DNA of 64,000 nucleotides from an uncultured Bacteroidales bacterium (lineage in GTDB: Bacteria > Bacteroidota > Bacteroidia > Bacteroidales > Bacteroidaceae). The notes below the pieces were generated by a model. The model did not search any database and had not been told where the DNA came from. It saw only the letters and a program-made list of their open reading frames with translations. Where the stretch lies: NCBI GenBank assembly GCA_902781515.1, contig CACZJU010000005.1:28911-92910 (forward strand), read 5' to 3'. Of this stretch, positions 34,733 to 43,561 are shown in pieces (positions within the stretch are counted from its first letter, which is position 1; every line of letters begins with the position of its first letter). The position numbers and the translations under genes were made by a program.

Positions 34733-35926
34733 ATGTTTGAAAGGGCGCAAATCGGAGAATTGAAACAACGGATTCTAGAACCTCGGAATAAGATTCAGGT
34801 TATCTCAGGTCCTCGTCAGGTTGGTAAATCAACAATGGTGAAGCAAGTTCTGCAAGATGTCACCATTCCATATATGTTTGTCAGTGCGGACAATATAGAC
34901 CATGCTAACACTTCATGGATTGGCGAGATGTGGGCTACTGCCAGAGCACGTATGAAGGTTGCGAAGGATGAGGAATATTTGTTGGTTATTGATGAGGTAC
35001 ATAAACTGGACAATTGGAGTGAGGCCGTGAAGAAGGAATGGGATGAAGATACATTCAACGACCTGAATATGAAAGTCGTTATCCTTGGTTCTTCCAGATT
35101 ATTATTGAAAGACGGGTTGACGGAATCCCTGGCAGGAAGATACGAACTTATAAGAATGCCGCACTGGAGCTATAGCGAGATGCATGAGGCTTTTGGGATG
35201 GATATAGACCAGTATATCTATTTCGGTGGATATCCTGGCGGAGCTATGTATATTAAAAATGAACGTAGATGGCACAATTATATTAAAGATAGTATTGTTG
35301 CCCCTGCTATCGAAAGGGATGTGGTGCAGACAAAAACTGTGTATAAACCAGCATTGATGAAACAACTATTTGAACTTGGTTGTGCCTATTCAAGCGAAGA
35401 ACTGTCTCTGAACAAAATGGTCGGTCAATTGCAGGATGCAGGTAATGTTACTACATTGGCAGGTTATCTTACCACTCTGGACGAATCAAGATTGCTGTGT
35501 GGCTTAATGAAATATGCATCTGACAATGCCCGTAAATATAACTCAGTTCCCAAATTGATGGTTTATAATACCGCACTTTTTTCAGTTCAGAGCGGAGTGA
35601 ACTTTAAGAAGGCCTTTACTACGCCAAAACTATGGGGCCGTTGGGTGGAGAGTGCAGTTGGTGCATATCTTCTCAATCAAGCGGATGAGTACGATTACAA
35701 GCTATACTATTGGCGTGAGAGAGATGATGAAGTTGATTTTATTATCGATTATAACAGACAATGTATTGCCATAGAGGTTAAGAGTGGAAGGAGAATTAAT
35801 AATGAGGGACTTGGTGTGTTTCGCGACAAGTTCCATCCAATCCAGTCTTTTATCGTTGGTTCCGGTGGCATCCCCTTGGAAGAGTTCCTTACATGGAATA
35901 TAGGTGATTTGCTGGAAAGTGAATAA
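34733..35926 (+). CDS. AAA-type ATPase, DUF4143-containing family
   Basis: Walker A is ISGPRQVGKST and Walker B is LLVIDEVH. The C-terminal part (DEVDFIIDYNRQCIAIEVKSG) resembles the restriction-endonuclease-like DUF4143 module. I prefer ATG 34733 over the track's TTG 34691. Confidence 0.75.
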   Translation: MFERAQIGELKQRILEPRNKIQVISGPRQVGKSTMVKQVLQDVTIPYMFVSADNIDHANTSWIGEMWATARARMKVAKDEEYLLVIDEVHKLDNWSEAVKKEWDEDTFNDLNMKVVILGSSRLLLKDGLTESLAGRYELIRMPHWSYSEMHEAFGMDIDQYIYFGGYPGGAMYIKNERRWHNYIKDSIVAPAIERDVVQTKTVYKPALMKQLFELGCAYSSEELSLNKMVGQLQDAGNVTTLAGYLTTLDESRLLCGLMKYASDNARKYNSVPKLMVYNTALFSVQSGVNFKKAFTTPKLWGRWVESAVGAYLLNQADEYDYKLYYWRERDDEVDFIIDYNRQCIAIEVKSGRRINNEGLGVFRDKFHPIQSFIVGSGGIPLEEFLTWNIGDLLESE

Positions 35927-35980
35927 TCCTTTGAGGAGTATGAGATGCTGGAGGACGTGCCCGACGGGGGCTGAGCGAGG

Positions 35981-36060
35981 AATAGGGAATTTCCCCTAAG
36001 GAATGGGAAAAATCCTCTTGCAGTGCCAGAAAAAGGTGGTAATTTTGCAGCGTAGAAAAT
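35981..36060. repeat. 80-bp direct repeat, copy 2 (promoter cassette upstream of 36090 gene)
   Basis: See copy 1. The TAatTTTG box is at 36040-36047, the same offset (59) as in copy 1. Confidence 0.9.
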
Positions 36061-36089
36061 TGAATATTGAAGATTGAAAATTGAATATT

Positions 36090-37184
36090 ATGAAAAGGGT
36101 AGCATTATTTCTCATTATCTCATTCTCTCATTTTCTCATTCTCCAGAGCGTAGCGCAGGATGATATGTACTTCGTTCCGAAGAAGTCGAAGAAGACGAAG
36201 ACCACAAAGGTGGTCAATCAGAAGAGTGAGACGCTGGTGGATTACACCAACACGGATGCCGAGTACTATTCGGGCAACTTGCGCGATGTTGACGAGTACA
36301 ACCGTCGTGGAGGTTCGTCACGTAATCTCCTTGTGATGACTCCCACCGATACGTTCGAGATAGACGGCGACGACCTGCAGAAGGACGACAAGGGCAACTA
36401 CATCCTTGGTTCGGGTAAGAACAAGAGCAAGAAGTCGGCGCGTTATGATGACAGATACGACGATTACTATCTCGACGACTATATTTACTCGGCACGTCTG
36501 GCACGATTCCACGGTTTCGTCTATCCCTATTATGCGTGGTACGACCCCTTCTACTACGATCCCTTCTATTACACTTCGTGGTACTACGACCCTTGGTACT
36601 ACAGCACATATTGGGGATGGTACGGCGGTTGGCACGGGTACTATGGCTGGCACAGCCCTTGGTACTATAGCTCGTGGTATCATCATCCCGTTTACACCAC
36701 CCACACGGGAGGCTACACACATCGCGGCTTCAACGGCGGCAGAGGCTATGGACGCACTGGTGTTTCTTCTCGCGGTGGTACGGTCGCCAGTCGCGGTGGC
36801 AGCACAACACGATTGGCTGGCAACTCGCTGCAGAACCGCTCTACATCGCGTGGCTACACCATCGGAGGACGAGGCACAGGCACTCAGTCGTCTCGCGGCT
36901 ACAACACAAGCTCGTTGCGTGGCACCGTAAACAACGGTAGTTCTCGTGGCATCGGCAGCAGTTCATCGCGTTCCACCGTAACCAACACTGTTCGTTCAAC
37001 TTCTTCATCGCGAGGCAGTTACTCGGGCAGCAGTAGAGGCAGCAGCTATTCGGGCGGCAGCTCACGCAGCGGAGGCTTCTCAGGTGGAGGTAGCTCTCGC
37101 GGAGGCGGCGGTTTCTCTGGCGGTTCGCGCAGCGGCGGTGGCTTCTCAGGCGGTGGCAGTTCTCGCGGAGGCGGAAGACGATAA
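36090..37184 (+). CDS. Secreted low-complexity protein: Tyr/Trp-rich core and Ser/Arg/Gly-rich (RGG-like) tail
   Basis: Signal peptide is MKRVALFLIISFSHFLILQSVAQ. The core reads YPYYAWYDPFYYDPFYYTSWYYDPWYYSTYWGWYGGWHGYYGWHSPWYYSSWYHHPVY. The tail carries GGFSGGGSSRGGG-type repeats. Confidence 0.6.
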   Translation: MKRVALFLIISFSHFLILQSVAQDDMYFVPKKSKKTKTTKVVNQKSETLVDYTNTDAEYYSGNLRDVDEYNRRGGSSRNLLVMTPTDTFEIDGDDLQKDDKGNYILGSGKNKSKKSARYDDRYDDYYLDDYIYSARLARFHGFVYPYYAWYDPFYYDPFYYTSWYYDPWYYSTYWGWYGGWHGYYGWHSPWYYSSWYHHPVYTTHTGGYTHRGFNGGRGYGRTGVSSRGGTVASRGGSTTRLAGNSLQNRSTSRGYTIGGRGTGTQSSRGYNTSSLRGTVNNGSSRGIGSSSSRSTVTNTVRSTSSSRGSYSGSSRGSSYSGGSSRSGGFSGGGSSRGGGGFSGGSRSGGGFSGGGSSRGGGRR

Positions 37185-37239
37185 TAATTGATAATTGATA
37201 ATTGACAATTGATAATTCACAATGCACAATTGATAAGGC
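37184..37239. repeat. Heptanucleotide microsatellite (ATAATTG/ACAATTG), 8 units
   Basis: The units read ataattg ataattg ataattg acaattg ataattc acaatgc acaattg ataaggc. They lie between the stop at 37184 and ATG 37241. Confidence 0.85.
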
Positions 37240-37240
37240 G

Positions 37241-38854
37241 ATGAAAAAGATAACATTTCTCATTTTCTCATTCTCTCATTTTCTCATTTTCAGCGCAGCG
37301 GCGCAGGAGACCTTCATCAACGACCGTCTGACAGCAACTGACGACCTGAACGGAACCTCACGCTACGTTGGTATGGGAGGAGCATTGGGAGCACTCGGAG
37401 CCGACCTCTCCGTCATTGACGACAATCCTGCCGGCATAGGTCTGTATAGGAAAAGCGACGTGGGTGCGACCTTCGGAGTGGTGGTTCCCAACAAGGCAAA
37501 CGGATGGAACACTGCCGACTCGCGAACCTACGGCGAACGCTTGGTACGTCCCTCGTTCGACCAGATGGGCTTCGTGTGGAGTATGAAGATGGACAACAAG
37601 GTGCTGAAGTTTGTGAACTTCTCTGTCAACTTCCAGAAGAAGGCTAACTACAACATGGGCTTCTATGCCGACAATGCCAACCTCGGAGGTCTCTCTATGA
37701 TGGATCAGGTGGTGGAACTTGCCAACGCAAACTACGACACCGACTACAACCATACAGGACTGGCTGTTGACAATAACTACCTGCAGCAGGACGCTGCCAA
37801 CCAGCCTTATTACAACACCTTCCGAGGGCAGCGCAGTCAGTACACCACCCATCAGCGCGGTTCGTTGCAGTCCTACGACATCAACCTTGCCTTCAACCTC
37901 AAGGACCGTTTCTACACGGGCGTTACCTTCGGATTCGCCAATTCCAACTTTGCCCAATGGAGTGAATACGGCGAGTGGAACGTAGATCCCAACGCTACGG
38001 ATGGTGCTGGAAATCCTCTTCAAGGCGACTTTGCCCTCTACAACGACCGCGAGATTCAAGGTGCAGGTTTGAATGCAAAGTTTGGTTTCATCGTACGCCC
38101 CATCGAGGACGACCCCTTCCGCATCGGTCTTACCATAGAGACTCCCACACGCTACCGCATGAAGTCGAGCACTCTGTTCGACCTGACGGACCTTACTCCT
38201 CAGAACTACGGTGCCCGTACGAATCAGGTGGAGAGTTACATCGAAACGGTTGTTCGCACCCCTTGGCGTGCCCGTCTGAGCCTCGGTTCCACATTCGACA
38301 AGATTCTTGCATGGGGAGTGGAATATGAGTATGCCAACACCTCGAAGACACACATGGGATACCCAACATGGGACGACCCCTATTACAACACCTACGATAA
38401 TTCGCCGGATCGCGCGATGAACCTGCAAACCGAAAAGATGCTGCGCGGACAGCACACCGTGAAGGCAGGTCTGGAGGTGAAACCCGACAAGGCATTCGCA
38501 ATACGTGTTGGCTACAACTTCGTTTCGAGCCGCTATCGCAAGAACACCACATTCGACCACTACATGCTCCACGATTCGCCTGCGATGGACTACATGACCA
38601 GCAGCGACTGGCTGACGCTGGGTGCTACGAACATCGCCACCTTCGGCTTAGGATACACCTACAAGAAGTTCTATGTGGACCTTGCCTACAAGTTCCGCAC
38701 ACAGAGTGCAAAGTTCCATGCTTTCGACACAGGATTCACGGCTGATCCCAGCTTCCAGACGGCTAATTCTGGTCTTGCCAACGCTACCTTGCAACCTGTG
38801 AATATCGACCTCAATCGCCATCAGGTGCAGCTCTCCATCGGCTTGAAGCTGTAA
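37241..38854 (+). CDS. Outer-membrane beta-barrel protein (FadL/PorV-like family)
   Basis: Signal peptide is MKKITFLIFSFSHFLIFSAAAQ. The N-terminal motif GTSRYVGMGGALGALGADLSVIDDNPAG is typical of FadL/OMPP1-like barrels. The amphipathic strand pattern alternates throughout. The C-terminus is QVQLSIGLKL. Confidence 0.6.
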   Translation: MKKITFLIFSFSHFLIFSAAAQETFINDRLTATDDLNGTSRYVGMGGALGALGADLSVIDDNPAGIGLYRKSDVGATFGVVVPNKANGWNTADSRTYGERLVRPSFDQMGFVWSMKMDNKVLKFVNFSVNFQKKANYNMGFYADNANLGGLSMMDQVVELANANYDTDYNHTGLAVDNNYLQQDAANQPYYNTFRGQRSQYTTHQRGSLQSYDINLAFNLKDRFYTGVTFGFANSNFAQWSEYGEWNVDPNATDGAGNPLQGDFALYNDREIQGAGLNAKFGFIVRPIEDDPFRIGLTIETPTRYRMKSSTLFDLTDLTPQNYGARTNQVESYIETVVRTPWRARLSLGSTFDKILAWGVEYEYANTSKTHMGYPTWDDPYYNTYDNSPDRAMNLQTEKMLRGQHTVKAGLEVKPDKAFAIRVGYNFVSSRYRKNTTFDHYMLHDSPAMDYMTSSDWLTLGATNIATFGLGYTYKKFYVDLAYKFRTQSAKFHAFDTGFTADPSFQTANSGLANATLQPVNIDLNRHQVQLSIGLKL

Positions 38855-38880
38855 CCTACTGAACATACGGAAATGTAATA

Positions 38881-38915
38881 AAATCGGGACACTTTTTGTT
38901 GTCTCGATTTTTATT
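38881..38915 (+). terminator. Rho-independent terminator
   Basis: Stem aaatcgggaca (38881-38891) pairs with tgtctcgattt (38900-38910), with one G-T pair. It is followed by a T-run. Confidence 0.7.
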
Positions 38916-38917
38916 TG

Positions 38918-38925
38918 TAACTTTG
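38918..38925 (+). promoter_or_regulatory. -7 promoter box (TAacTTTG) for the cys operon
   Basis: taactttg ends 31 nt before ATG 38957. Confidence 0.5.
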
Positions 38926-38956
38926 TCGGCAACAATATATTAATGTACGCACGCGT

Positions 38957-39559
38957 ATGGCAGAGAATATATATCCGATATACGACAAGATGATGTCGCG
39001 CGAGGAGCGTGAGCAGCAGCTTGGACAGCACGGCATGATGGTGTGGTTTACAGGCTTGAGCGGCAGCGGAAAGTCCACCGTAGCACTTGGCGTAGAGCGT
39101 GAGTTGGCAAAGCGTGGTGTGCTGTGCCGCATACTCGACGGCGACAATATCCGTGCCGGCATCAACTCCAATCTGGGCTTCAGCGAGGAAGACCGCATGG
39201 AGAACATACGTCGTATTGCCGAAATAGGAAAACTGTTTGTGCAGACGGGCATCGTAACGCTGGCTTGCTTCGTAAGTCCTACGGAGGAAATACGTCAGTT
39301 GGCACGCACTATTATCGGTGACGAGGATTTCAACGAGGTCTTCGTATCTACTCCTCTCGAAGAGTGCGAGCGCAGGGACGTGAAAGGACTTTACGCCCGT
39401 GCCCGTAGAGGCGAGGTGAAGGACTTCACTGGCATCAGTGCTCCTTTCGAAGCTCCCAAGAATCCTGCCATTTCCATCGACACCTCTGTGCTTCCTCTCG
39501 AAGAAAGCGTAAACAGGGTGGTGGACATGATTATGGCAATCGCGAAGAAGGGTAAATAA
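38957..39559 (+). CDS. cysC: Adenylylsulfate (APS) kinase
   Basis: The P-loop is WFTGLSGSGKST, followed by LDGDNIR. 200 aa. Confidence 0.92.
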   Translation: MAENIYPIYDKMMSREEREQQLGQHGMMVWFTGLSGSGKSTVALGVERELAKRGVLCRILDGDNIRAGINSNLGFSEEDRMENIRRIAEIGKLFVQTGIVTLACFVSPTEEIRQLARTIIGDEDFNEVFVSTPLEECERRDVKGLYARARRGEVKDFTGISAPFEAPKNPAISIDTSVLPLEESVNRVVDMIMAIAKKGK

Positions 39560-39597
39560 TAAATGATAGATAATAAATAATAAATAATAGATAAAAT

Positions 39598-40503
39598 ATG
39601 GAATATAATTTATCCCATTTGCAGGAACTGGAAACGGAATCGATACATATCATCCGTGAGGTTGCTGCCGAATTCGAAAACCCAGTGATGCTGTATAGCA
39701 TCGGTAAGGATTCGAGCGTGATGGTGCGTCTGGCAGAGAAAGCCTTTGCCCCAGGCAAGGTGCCATTCCCCTTGATGCACATCGACTCGAAGTGGAAATT
39801 CCGCGAAATGATTGAGTTCCGCGACAACTATGCCAAGAAGTATGGTTGGAACCTGATTGTGGAGTCAAACATGGAAGCCTTCAATGCCGGTGTAGGTCCC
39901 TTCACTCATGGAAGTAAGGTACATACCGACCTCATGAAGACAAAGGCTCTGCTGGATGCCCTGAACAAATATAAGTTCGACGCTGCCTTCGGCGGTGCTC
40001 GTCGCGATGAGGAGAAGAGTCGTGCAAAGGAACGTATCTTCTCGTTCCGCGATAAGTTCAACCAGTGGGATCCAAAGAACCAGCGTCCTGAGTTGTGGGA
40101 CATCTACAACTCGCGTGTCCACAAAGGTGAGTCGATTCGTGTGTTCCCCCTTTCGAACTGGACAGAGCTGGACATCTGGCAGTATATCCGTCTGGAGAAC
40201 ATTCCCATCGTGCCCCTGTACTATGCTAAGGAACGTCCCTGCGTGGAGATAGACGGCAACATCATCATGGCTGACGACGACCGTCTGCCTGCAGAATACC
40301 GTCCTCTGATTAAGAACCGCATGGTACGTTTCCGCACTCTCGGCTGCTGGCCTCTGACAGGTGCTGTAGAGTCGAATGCAACCACCATCGAGGAAATCGT
40401 GGAGGAGATGATGACTACCACCAAGAGTGAGCGCACCACGCGTGTCATTGACTTCGACCAGGAGGCTTCTATGGAGCAGAAGAAGAGAGAAGGCTATTTC
40501 TAA
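39598..40503 (+). CDS. cysD: Sulfate adenylyltransferase subunit 2
   Basis: The PP-loop is [11 protein letters not shown]. 301 aa. The C-terminus [14 protein letters not shown] is typical of CysD. Confidence 0.92.
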   Translation: MEYNLSHLQELETESIHIIREVAAEFENPVMLYSIGKDSSVMVRLAEKAFAPGKVPFPLMHIDSKWKFREMIEFRDNYAKKYGWNLIVESNMEAFNAGVGPFTHGSKVHTDLMKTKALLDALNKYKFDAAFGGARRDEEKSRAKERIFSFRDKFNQWDPKNQRPELWDIYNSRVHKGESIRVFPLSNWTELDIWQYIRLENIPIVPLYYAKERPCVEIDGNIIMADDDRLPAEYRPLIKNRMVRFRTLGCWPLTGAVESNATTIEEIVEEMMTTTKSERTTRVIDFDQEASMEQKKREGYF

Positions 40504-40531
40504 TTACGAATTACGAAATACGAATTACGAA
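40503..40531. repeat. ATTACGA(A) microsatellite (4 units) between cysD and cysN
   Basis: attacga attacgaa atacga attacgaa lies directly before ATG 40532. The same unit recurs at 59717-59751. Confidence 0.8.
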
Positions 40532-41965
40532 ATGGAAGAAAAGAAAATAGATATAAAGGCATTCCTTGATGCCGATGAGAAGAAAGACCTGCTGCGACTG
40601 CTGACGGCAGGTAGCGTCGATGATGGCAAGAGCACGCTGATAGGCCGCTTGCTGTTCGACTCCAAGAAACTTTACGAAGACCAGTTGCAGGCTCTCGAAC
40701 GTGACTCTGTTCGCGTGGGTAATGCCGGTGCCGGAGAAATAGACTATGCTTTGTTGCTCGATGGCTTGAAGGCTGAGCGCGAGGAGGGTATCACCATTGA
40801 TGTGGCTTACCGCTACTTCTCCACCAACCAGCGTAAGTTCATCATCGCCGACACTCCGGGACATGAGCAATATACTCGTAACATGATTACCGGCGGTTCT
40901 ACTGCAAACCTCGCTATCATCCTTGTGGATGCACGTGCAGGCGTTATCACGCAGACACGCCGTCACACGTTCCTCGTATCGCTGCTGGGTATCAAGCACA
41001 TAGTGCTGGCAGTGAACAAGATGGACCTCGTGGACTTCTCGCAGGATGTATTCAACAACATCAAGGAAGAGTATCTCAAACTGACCACACAGCTTGGTAT
41101 TGAGGATGTTACGTGCTTCCCCATTTCTGCCAAGATGGGCGATAACGTGGTGGAGAAGAGCGAAAAGACTCCTTGGTACGAAGGCACTTCGCTGCTTGAG
41201 TTCCTGGAAACTGTGCCCATACACCGCGACCGCAATATGACCAACTTCCGCTATCCTGTGCAGTATGTTCTGCGTCCCAATCTTGACTTCCGCGGTTTCT
41301 GCGGCAAGATTGCCAGCGGTGTGATTCGTAAGGGCGACGAGATTGTGGCTCTGCCTTCTATGAAGCGCAGTCACGTCAAGAGCATCGTTACTTACGAGGG
41401 TGAACTGGAGGAGGCTTTCTGCCCCCAGAGCGTCACCATCTGTCTGGAGGACGAAATCGACATATCTCGTGGTGAGATGATTGTGAAGCCCAACGACTTG
41501 CCATACGTAGGACGTTCGTTCGAAACTATGCTTGTATGGATGGACGAAGAGCCAATGGATCGCGGTAAGCAGTTCTTCCTGAAACACAACACCAACACCA
41601 CGCGTGCTACAATAGAAAGTGTGGAATATCGTGTAGATGTGAACACGATGGAGCAACTCGAAGGTCGCGACTTCAAGTTGAACGAGATTGGTTGCGTGCG
41701 CATCACCACTGCCAAGACTCTGTTCTTCGACAGCTATAAGGACAACCGCCAGACGGGTGCCTTCATCCTAATTGACCCAATCACCAACAATACTTCTGCC
41801 GTTGGTATGATTGTACGTCCGCTTGAGGAAGGCGAAACCAACGAACTGGCTGTGCCCACACTCGACCTTAAAGCCTTGGGCATTCCTGCCGAGCACTATC
41901 CAAGTATAGAGAAAGCCGTAGCCGAACTCAGCAAGCAAGGCCTTGAAGTTAAAGTAATCAAATAA
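40532..41965 (+). CDS. cysN: Sulfate adenylyltransferase subunit 1 (GTPase)
   Basis: G1 is [10 protein letters not shown]3 is DTPGH and G4 is NKMD. I prefer ATG 40532 (MEEKKIDIK...). The track start at 40427 reads through the cysD 3' end and the microsatellite. Confidence 0.92.
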   Translation: MEEKKIDIKAFLDADEKKDLLRLLTAGSVDDGKSTLIGRLLFDSKKLYEDQLQALERDSVRVGNAGAGEIDYALLLDGLKAEREEGITIDVAYRYFSTNQRKFIIADTPGHEQYTRNMITGGSTANLAIILVDARAGVITQTRRHTFLVSLLGIKHIVLAVNKMDLVDFSQDVFNNIKEEYLKLTTQLGIEDVTCFPISAKMGDNVVEKSEKTPWYEGTSLLEFLETVPIHRDRNMTNFRYPVQYVLRPNLDFRGFCGKIASGVIRKGDEIVALPSMKRSHVKSIVTYEGELEEAFCPQSVTICLEDEIDISRGEMIVKPNDLPYVGRSFETMLVWMDEEPMDRGKQFFLKHNTNTTRATIESVEYRVDVNTMEQLEGRDFKLNEIGCVRITTAKTLFFDSYKDNRQTGAFILIDPITNNTSAVGMIVRPLEEGETNELAVPTLDLKALGIPAEHYPSIEKAVAELSKQGLEVKVIK

Positions 41966-41971
41966 GTTGCC

Positions 41972-43090
41972 ATGGGTTTTGAATTCAGTAAATTGCCCGT
42001 CAATACACTTATTGGTGCTGACTGGAAAACATTCAAGGAGATTACAAAGGGGCAATACGTAGCACCTGACAAGCGTACTAAGTTCTTCATTACGAAGTGC
42101 ATCTGCCGCATACTAAGTGTTGCGGCTCCATTACAGGAACGACGCTACAGGAAACTGTTGGCAAACAAACCGCTGGAGCATGACCCTGTATTCATTCTCG
42201 GTCACTGGCGTAGCGGAACCACGTTTGTTCACAACATCCTGGCACAAGACCCACGTTTTGGTTACACAACTACGTATCAGACGGTGTTCCCCCACCTGAT
42301 GATGTCGCTCCAGTGGCTCTTCAAACCTTTAGCAGGAATGGCTATGCCCAAGCATCGTCCTACCGATAATATGGAGCTCGCACCAGACCTGCCACAGGAA
42401 GAGGAGTTCGCACTTCACAACACCTGTCCTTACACATACTACAACTTCTGGATATATCCAGATAAGATGCAGGAGTTCTGCGACCGTTTCCTCACTATGA
42501 AGAAGGCTACGAAAGAAGAGATTGCCGAATTCAAGGAAAAGTTCGAGAAACTGGTGAAGATTTCGATGTGGAACTCGCGCCGCGATGTGAAGGATGCACA
42601 GTATCTGTCGAAGAATCCTCCTCATACAGGTAAGGTGAAAACTCTGGTGGAGATGTATCCTAATGCCAAGTTCATCTACCTGATACGCAATCCTTATACA
42701 GTGTTCGAGTCGAGCCGCTCGTTCTTCTCCAACACCATCGCCCCGTTGGAACTCAATAGTATTCCTATGGATCAGATGGAGCAGAACATCCTGCGTAATT
42801 ACATGGAACTCTACGATGCTTATCAGGAGCAGAAGAAATACATTCCGAAGGGTAATCTGGTGGAGATTCGTTTCGAGGATGTAGAGGCTGATGCTATGGG
42901 ACTTGCCGAGCGCCTTTACAAGGAACTGTCACTGCCCGGTTGGGAAGAGGCTCGTCCGTTCATCGAGAAGTACGTCGAGGGAAAGAAGGGATACAAGAAG
43001 AACAAGTATCAGTACGACCCTCGCACCATACAACTTGTGAACGAGCACTGGGGCCGTGTGCTTGACGAGTGGGGTTACGAACGCCACTAA
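41972..43090 (+). CDS. PAPS-dependent sulfotransferase family protein
   Basis: The 5'-PSB loop is GHWRSGTTFVHN and the 3'-PB-like motif is FIYLIRNPYTVFESSRS. It starts 6 nt after the cysN stop. Confidence 0.75.
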   Translation: MGFEFSKLPVNTLIGADWKTFKEITKGQYVAPDKRTKFFITKCICRILSVAAPLQERRYRKLLANKPLEHDPVFILGHWRSGTTFVHNILAQDPRFGYTTTYQTVFPHLMMSLQWLFKPLAGMAMPKHRPTDNMELAPDLPQEEEFALHNTCPYTYYNFWIYPDKMQEFCDRFLTMKKATKEEIAEFKEKFEKLVKISMWNSRRDVKDAQYLSKNPPHTGKVKTLVEMYPNAKFIYLIRNPYTVFESSRSFFSNTIAPLELNSIPMDQMEQNILRNYMELYDAYQEQKKYIPKGNLVEIRFEDVEADAMGLAERLYKELSLPGWEEARPFIEKYVEGKKGYKKNKYQYDPRTIQLVNEHWGRVLDEWGYERH

Positions 43091-43093
43091 TCG

Positions 43094-43438
43094 CTAATTG
43101 AAAAGAAGAAGTTGACGCGAGTCGTCCTTGCGGATGCTTTTCGAAGTTTTGTTGTCGTCCTCCTTGGGCATATCAATGAATATGTCAAGCTGGACGGCAA
43201 CATCTTGTTTAAGGGCATATTGTCCCCAGCGCAGACGGATGAAGGGCGAGTGGCGTTGCTGCGACTGATACCACAGATAACGACGCACCTGATTGTAAAG
43301 ATTCGGGAACACCACATCGTGGGCGAATATGCCACTGTGAATATTGTAAAGCCTGCGAGTGAGCATACGCAACGACATTCCTTCCTTGCCGCTTTTCAGC
43401 AGCATATCCATAATGTCGCTGTGGTAAATATTCTTCAT
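43094..43438 (-). CDS. Hypothetical protein, possibly winged-helix/HARE-HTH-like
   Basis: 114 aa: DIMDMLLKSGKEGMSLRMLTRRLYN...FIRLRWGQYALK. The fold suggestion is weak. A TAtcTTTG box lies on the minus strand at 43468-43475. Confidence 0.4.
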   Translation of the reverse strand: MKNIYHSDIMDMLLKSGKEGMSLRMLTRRLYNIHSGIFAHDVVFPNLYNQVRRYLWYQSQQRHSPFIRLRWGQYALKQDVAVQLDIFIDMPKEDDNKTSKSIRKDDSRQLLLFN

Positions 43439-43561
43439 TGCAAACCCTTGTTGGCTTTATTTAAAAGCAAAGATATATCAAAATTGGTTAAAAGCCAAAT
43501 AATGTGGTGGTAAATCGGCAGATTGTTTGTATATTTGCGTGATACTATAAACGATTTTGCA

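Noticed and set aside
37358-38572. 404-aa minus-strand ORF, and analogous long antisense ORFs at 40511-41656, 44246-45100, 45770-46534, 50507-51208, 55494-56045, 57074-57673, 62291-62812 and 63077-63664
   Set aside because: Each lies inside a well-supported gene on the opposite strand (OM barrel, cysN, GH51, PP2C sensor, GNAT-DegT, comF, pflB). None has a recognisable motif.
40427-40531. N-terminal extension of cysN proposed by the ORF track ([10 protein letters not shown]...[10 protein letters not shown])
   Set aside because: The extension overlaps the cysD 3' end and merely translates the ATTACGA microsatellite. CysN homology starts at MEEKKIDIK (ATG 40532).
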